Assembly (NCBI GenBank): GCA_030747505.1 | Contig: JASLKQ010000004.1 | Coordinates: 1-63,606 of the forward strand | DNA: 63,606 nt | Direction of reading: 5' to 3' | DNA from: Verrucomicrobiota bacterium | GTDB taxonomy: Bacteria > Verrucomicrobiota > Verrucomicrobiia > Limisphaerales > UBA1100 | Part shown: in pieces, positions 59,714 to 63,606 of the stretch | How the letters are laid out: the number at the start of each line of letters is the position of its first letter | Numbering within the stretch: the first letter of the stretch is position 1 | Program-made: the position numbers and the translations under genes | The notes under the pieces: model-generated | The model's database searches: none | Seen by the model: only the letters and a program-made list of their open reading frames with translations | What the model was told of the DNA's origin: nothing

Positions 59714-61120
59714 ATGCCCGGGGGGGAGCAACCAAACCTCGAATTTCTTTTGATGCAGGCGCAAAACGCCCGCTTGGAAAACCGACTTGATGAGGCTTCT
59801 CAATTCCTTCTTGAAGTATTCAATCTGGATCCGCAATCCATTCCCGCACTCATGGAGGAGGCTCTCATTCATCAACAGCTCAACCACTGGCCTGAGGCCA
59901 GAAGATGTCTCAAAATAATTATCAAGGCTCAACCAGAGAATACTCAGGTACTAAATGCACTCGGCATTACCTGGCAGTCTGAAGGAAAATTTGAGAAGGC
60001 AATTGAGCAATGGGAAAAAACCACAACCCTGAACCCAGACCATGTAGAAGCATGGCAAAATATAGGACTTGCCTACGAACATCTCAACAATCTCCCTAGG
60101 GCCATCGCCGCACATCAAAAAGTGGTTGCACTAATTCCGGAAAATGCGCGTGCCCATCGCCTTCTGGGCATGGCTCAACTCGATTACGGATTACTCCCGG
60201 CAGCTAATAAATGTTTTGATCAGGCCCTGAAGCTCGACCCAGTTGATCCAGAGAACCGCTGGCAACGATTTTTTATTCGGTCCTTGACTGGTGACTTCCC
60301 CAATGCTTGGACTGACTATGAATGTCGGTTCAAGCTTCCCGGGCGAACCACTCCCGATCATAACTTCGACCAACCCCGTTGGCAGGGCGATTCGCTGCCC
60401 AATAAAACCCTTCTGCTACACGCCGAACAGGGATATGGCGATACCCTTCAAATAATTCGCTACGCACCCCGGGTAGCTGAACGTGTCGGAAATATTTTAT
60501 TATGGGTCCCTGCCTCCTTGGTCGCCCTCATGGAATCGGTTGCAGATGTAAACACAGTCACAACCAAAAAACCTGATGCCACATCTTTCGATGTTCACCT
60601 TCCGCTGATGAGCCTCCCGGGTGTTTTTGAAGATTCACTGGAAACAATCCCTAAGACTGTTCCATACATCGGCCCCTCCCCTCCCCTTGCTTCAACGGAC
60701 AAACCGAAAAAAATCGGCATAGCATGGGCAGGTTCAGGCAATCAGCCGTTAGATCGCCGATCAATCCCTGTTGAAGCCTTGAAACCCTTACTGAACAAAC
60801 CAAATATAGAATTCCATAGTCTCCAGCTCAATCGAGAGACGCCTTCCAACATGAAAGATCATAAAACAGAAATGACTGATTTTATGGCGACGGCCAAACT
60901 GATTCAAAACCTTGATCTGGTCATCAGTGTTGACACCTCCATTGCACATCTAGCCGGAGCCTTAGGCAAGCCTGTCTGGATACTATTAAGTTTCGCCCCG
61001 GATTGGCGCTGGGGACATGAAGGCACGATCTCGCATTGGTATCCTTCCGCCCGCCTCTTCAGGCAAAATTATGGAGAATCATGGAAAGAGGTAGTCAACC
61101 GAATCTGCACAAAAATTTAG
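59714..61120 (+). CDS. TPR protein with a C-terminal GT-B, GT9-like domain (paralogue of 14217-15713)
   Basis: TPR repeats are followed by AEQGYGDTLQIIRYA...ISVDTSIAHLAGALGKPVWILL...DWRW. Confidence 0.7.
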   Translation: MPGGEQPNLEFLLMQAQNARLENRLDEASQFLLEVFNLDPQSIPALMEEALIHQQLNHWPEARRCLKIIIKAQPENTQVLNALGITWQSEGKFEKAIEQWEKTTTLNPDHVEAWQNIGLAYEHLNNLPRAIAAHQKVVALIPENARAHRLLGMAQLDYGLLPAANKCFDQALKLDPVDPENRWQRFFIRSLTGDFPNAWTDYECRFKLPGRTTPDHNFDQPRWQGDSLPNKTLLLHAEQGYGDTLQIIRYAPRVAERVGNILLWVPASLVALMESVADVNTVTTKKPDATSFDVHLPLMSLPGVFEDSLETIPKTVPYIGPSPPLASTDKPKKIGIAWAGSGNQPLDRRSIPVEALKPLLNKPNIEFHSLQLNRETPSNMKDHKTEMTDFMATAKLIQNLDLVISVDTSIAHLAGALGKPVWILLSFAPDWRWGHEGTISHWYPSARLFRQNYGESWKEVVNRICTKI

Positions 61121-61131
61121 CTACAAAAAGA

Positions 61132-61167
61132 ACGGGCGGCCATAAAGGCCGCCCGTTTTGTTTTTTA
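61132..61167. terminator. Bidirectional rho-independent terminator between the GT9-like gene and the last flagellin copy
   Basis: A perfect 10-bp GC-rich stem (acgggcggcc / ggccgcccgt) has a 5-nt loop. An A-run precedes it and ttttgtttttt follows it. Confidence 0.8.
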
Positions 61168-61180
61168 ATCCCTCGCTCTC

Positions 61181-61978
61181 TTAGGAGAGTAGACGCAGGG
61201 AGTTCTGCGGGAGCATGTTCGCCTGCGCCAACATCGCCGTACCAGACTGGACGAGGATGTTATAGCGCGCGAACTGCGTGCTCTCATTAGCCACATCAAC
61301 ATCCTTGATGCGACTCACAGAAGCCTGCAGGTTTTCATTAAGAATGCTAACCTGCTCCTGGGTATACTGAATCCGCTGAATATTCGCACCAATCTTGGCG
61401 CGATGTGTCGCAACGTTTTCAATGGCAGTGTTAATCGTGGATACAGCGCTCGTGCTGGAAACAGCAAACGCACTTGCAATCACACTGGTAACATCAACCG
61501 CATTAAGACTACTAGAGTTCAGGCTCCATGTACCACCATCACTGTCCTTGGTAATAGCCAAAGCAGTACCATCGAACAGGGTGACTCCATTGAACTTCTT
61601 GGTCCCGATATCACTGATATAGTTCTTCAGGTCCGTGAACTCCGTATTGTAGTTTGTGATGTCATTTGATGACTTGGTGGTATCCAAGGCAAGCGTTGCT
61701 AGCTCACTCATCCGATCCAAAGCCTTTCCAACTTTCTGAAGAAAGCCGTCTTGGGTTTGGCTGAAGGATAACGCACTTGTCAGGTTGCTTGCTACACCAC
61801 GATTTCTCGATATTTGTGCATCGAACTTGGATGCCACAGCTAAACCGGCTGCATCATCCGCAGGCGAAACAATCTTTGAGCCCGAAGCTAATCGAGACAA
61901 AGCTTTGTTCAGCTTATTTGTATTTTCTGAAAGCGTCCGCATTGTGCTGAGCGCTCCCACGTTTGTGTTGATAACCAT
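61181..61978 (-). CDS. fliC: Flagellin, short form (265 aa), terminal copy A of the tandem array
   Basis: It has the MVINTNVGALSTMRTL N-terminus and the IKDVDVANESTQFARYNILVQSGTAMLAQANMLPQNSLRLLS C-terminus. Confidence 0.95.
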   Translation of the reverse strand: MVINTNVGALSTMRTLSENTNKLNKALSRLASGSKIVSPADDAAGLAVASKFDAQISRNRGVASNLTSALSFSQTQDGFLQKVGKALDRMSELATLALDTTKSSNDITNYNTEFTDLKNYISDIGTKKFNGVTLFDGTALAITKDSDGGTWSLNSSSLNAVDVTSVIASAFAVSSTSAVSTINTAIENVATHRAKIGANIQRIQYTQEQVSILNENLQASVSRIKDVDVANESTQFARYNILVQSGTAMLAQANMLPQNSLRLLS

Positions 61979-62004
61979 GTTTCAACTCCGTTTGTTTGGT
62001 TAAA

Positions 62005-62022
62005 GACGGCTTCCCTGCCGCC
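62005..62022 (-). promoter_or_regulatory. Candidate CsrA-binding hairpin (GGA in a hexaloop) in the flagellin leader
   Basis: The minus strand reads ggcggc-AGGGAA-gccgtc, a 6-bp stem with one G-U pair. A second GGA lies in the Shine-Dalgarno sequence (aacGGAGttgaaacATG) about 25 nt downstream. Confidence 0.45.
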
Positions 62023-62091
62023 AAAGCATTTACCCAGGTTGCTTCTCCCTGCGTGAGTTAAAGGCGTCACGAGGCCTCTCGCACACTTTGC

Positions 62092-62118
62092 CTTTCGGCA
62101 AATTATTTTAAATCTTTA
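62092..62118 (-). promoter_or_regulatory. sigma28 (FliA) promoter of flagellin copy A
   Basis: The minus strand reads TAAAGATT-N11-GCCGAAAG, compared with the consensus TAAAGTTT-N11-GCCGATAA. Confidence 0.65.
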
Positions 62119-62164
62119 GATTTTTATTCATGATTTATATTAATATATTACTTTCATATTCGTG

Positions 62165-62278
62165 TTATTCCCTCGTATGCGGACGTATTACGGACCTACA
62201 GATTGCGCATGGCACCCCTGTTTTCCAGGCTGACAGCCCAAATAACAGATACAGAACAGTGTCCAGACCATGCATCAT
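62165..62278 (-). CDS. Candidate small ORF (37 aa, hydrophobic N-terminal half, CxxC) in the inter-flagellin spacer
   Basis: An AGGAAGGA Shine-Dalgarno sequence lies 7 nt upstream of ATGATG. The peptide is MMHGLDTVLYLLFGLSAWKTGVPCAICRSVIRPHTRE. It is too short for the ORF track. Confidence 0.3.
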   Translation of the reverse strand: MMHGLDTVLYLLFGLSAWKTGVPCAICRSVIRPHTRE

Positions 62279-62329
62279 TTAGTATTCCTTCCTATTATTT
62301 GGTGTTTCATTTTTCCATTCACTGAATGA

Positions 62330-63127
62330 TCAGTTGATGAGCCTTAACGCATTTTGCGGGAGCATATTCGCCTGCGCCAGCATCGCCGTACCAGACTGGA
62401 CGAGGATGTTATAGCGCGCGAACTGCGTGCTCTCATTAGCCACATCAACATCCTTGATGCGACTCACAGAAGACTGCAGGTTTTCATTAAGAATACTAAT
62501 CTGCTCCCGAGTGAATTGGATCCGTTGGATGTTCGCACCAACCTTGGCGCGATGTGTCGCAACGTTTTCAATGGCAGTACTAATCGTGGATACAGCGTTC
62601 GTGCTGGAAACAGCAAAAGCACTTGCAATCACACTGGTAACATCAACCGCATTAAGACTACTAGAGTTCAGGCTCCATGTACCACCATCACTGTCCTTGG
62701 TAATAGCCAAAGCAGTACCATCGAACAGGGTGACTCCATTGAACTTCTTGGTCCCGATATCACTGATATAGTTCTTCAGGTCCGTGAACTCCGTATTGTA
62801 GTTTGTGATGTCATTTGATGACTTGGTGGTATCCAAGGCAAGCGTTGCTAGCTCACTCATCCGATCCAAAGCCTTTCCAACTTTCTGAAGAAAGCCGTCT
62901 TGGGTTTGGCTGAAGGATAACGCACTTGTCAGGTTGCTTGCTACACCACGATTTCTCGATATTTGTGCATCGAACTTGGATGCCACAGCTAAACCGGCTG
63001 CATCATCCGCAGGCGAAACAATCTTTGAGCCCGAAGCTAATCGAGACAAAGCTTTGTTCAGCTTATTTGTATTTTCTGAAAGCGTCCGCATTGTGCTGAG
63101 CGCTCCCACGTTTGTGTTGATAACCAT
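62330..63127 (-). CDS. fliC: Flagellin, short form (265 aa), copy B of the tandem array
   Basis: Its first roughly 175 aa are identical to copy A. It differs at a handful of positions in the C-terminal D1/D0 region (…NALRLIN). Confidence 0.95.
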   Translation of the reverse strand: MVINTNVGALSTMRTLSENTNKLNKALSRLASGSKIVSPADDAAGLAVASKFDAQISRNRGVASNLTSALSFSQTQDGFLQKVGKALDRMSELATLALDTTKSSNDITNYNTEFTDLKNYISDIGTKKFNGVTLFDGTALAITKDSDGGTWSLNSSSLNAVDVTSVIASAFAVSSTNAVSTISTAIENVATHRAKVGANIQRIQFTREQISILNENLQSSVSRIKDVDVANESTQFARYNILVQSGTAMLAQANMLPQNALRLIN

Positions 63128-63153
63128 GTTTCAACTCCGTTTGTTTGGTTAAA

Positions 63154-63171
63154 GACGGCTTCCCTGCCGCC
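63154..63171 (-). promoter_or_regulatory. Candidate CsrA-binding hairpin, copy in the leader of flagellin B
   Basis: The sequence is identical to 62005-62022, offset by 1149 bp. Confidence 0.45.
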
Positions 63172-63240
63172 AAAGCATTTACCCAGGTTGCTTCTCCCTG
63201 CGTGAGTTAAAGGCGTCACGAGGCCTCTCGCACACTTTGC

Positions 63241-63267
63241 CTTTCGGCAAATTATTTTAAATCTTTA
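63241..63267 (-). promoter_or_regulatory. sigma28 promoter of flagellin copy B
   Basis: The sequence is identical to 62092-62118, offset by 1149 bp. Confidence 0.65.
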
Positions 63268-63313
63268 GATTTTTATTCATGATTTATATTAATATATTAC
63301 TTTCATATTCGTG

Positions 63314-63427
63314 TTATTCCCTCGTATGCGGACGTATTACGGACCTACAGATTGCGCATGGCACCCCTGTTTTCCAGGCTGACAGCCCAAATAACAGATA
63401 CAGAACAGTGTCCAGACCATGCATCAT
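63314..63427 (-). CDS. Second copy of the candidate 37-aa small ORF
   Basis: The sequence is identical to 62165-62278, offset by 1149 bp. Confidence 0.3.
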   Translation of the reverse strand: MMHGLDTVLYLLFGLSAWKTGVPCAICRSVIRPHTRE

Positions 63428-63478
63428 TTAGTATTCCTTCCTATTATTTGGTGTTTCATTTTTCCATTCACTGAATGA

Positions 63479-63606
63479 TCAGTTGATGAGCCTTAACGCA
63501 TTTTGCGGGAGCATATTCGCCTGCGCCAGCATCGCCGTACCAGACTGGACGAGGATGTTATAGCGCGCGAACTGCGTGCTCTCATTAGCCACATCAACAT
63601 CCTTGA
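63479..63606 (-). CDS. fliC: Flagellin copy C, 3-prime end only (runs off the window)
   Basis: The sequence is identical to the 3-prime end of copy B (62330-62457). Confidence 0.85.
   Translation of the reverse strand, partial: KDVDVANESTQFARYNILVQSGTAMLAQANMLPQNALRLIN

Larger units (their letters stand above)
61181..63606. repeat. Head-to-tail tandem repeat of a flagellin gene plus spacer, with a period of exactly 1149 bp and at least 2.1 units in the window
   Basis: Stop codons at 61181, 62330 and 63479 are each 1149 bp apart. The spacers 61979-62329 and 63128-63478 read identically. Confidence 0.95.

Noticed and set aside
62210-62225. A TGGCAC hexamer on the plus strand inside the flagellin spacer, with a copy at 63359.
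   Set aside because: There is no GC at the -12 position (tggcacccctgttttc). It also points antisense into the upstream flagellin gene. It lies within the candidate small ORF on the other strand.
1-63606. A search by eye for CRISPR arrays, tRNA or rRNA genes, transposases, integrases or terminal inverted repeats.
   Set aside because: I recognised none. The only repeats found are the flagellin tandem array, the in-gene duplication at 8709-9060 and the 15-bp repeat in fliL. A covariance-model scan for ncRNAs would still be needed to exclude small RNAs.

Overview
Almost the whole window is one large flagellar and motility locus from a diderm bacterium, since both L-ring and P-ring genes are present. 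I cannot name the organism. Tandem DUF1579-like lipoprotein repeats, giant TPR/Sel1 proteins and a tail-anchored Ser/Thr kinase would fit a PVC-type genome, but that is inference only.

Layout:
- (i) 1-15.7 kb: a long flagellin, a divergent Ser/Thr kinase + FHA pair, fliW-csrA-short flagellin, lhgO, a 1348-aa TPR-GT2-TPR protein, two exported non-flagellar proteins and a TPR + GT9-like protein.
- (ii) 15.7-36.1 kb, minus strand: a roughly 20-kb flgB-to-flhF block in the Bacillus/spirochaete fla order (flgBC fliEFGHIJ, a ylxF-position gene, fliK flgDE fliLMN fliOPQR flhBAF). It has no che genes and no flhG.
- (iii) 36.3-61.1 kb, plus strand: a Sel1-repeat/degenerate-protease protein, a small membrane protein, fliA, motAB, fliD, a lipoprotein, a flgM-like gene, fliS, flgFGAHIKL, a rod-binding flgJ, flgN, a Pro-rich secreted protein, a 980-aa exported protein with TPR-like segments, a helical protein, a sigma54 enhancer-binding protein and a second TPR + GT9-like protein.
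- (iv) 61.2 kb to the end, minus strand: a tandem array of at least three short flagellin genes with an exact 1149-bp period.

Regulatory reading: there are ten sigma54-type promoters, three of them placed so that the ATG is at or next to the predicted transcription start. The tandem flagellins carry sigma28-type promoters and CsrA-type GGA hairpins in their leaders.

Items most worth follow-up:
- a roughly 65-aa HG..G..V module shared by the hook (two copies) and the filament cap (one copy);
- three TPR-glycosyltransferases;
- the Sel1/pseudo-protease protein coupled to fliA-motAB;
- the exported 197-aa and 980-aa pair at the end of the flgK-L-J-N unit;
- the apparently leaderless sigma54 transcripts;
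- a 37-aa CxxC small ORF repeated between the flagellin copies.

I saw no rRNA, tRNA, CRISPR array or mobile element.
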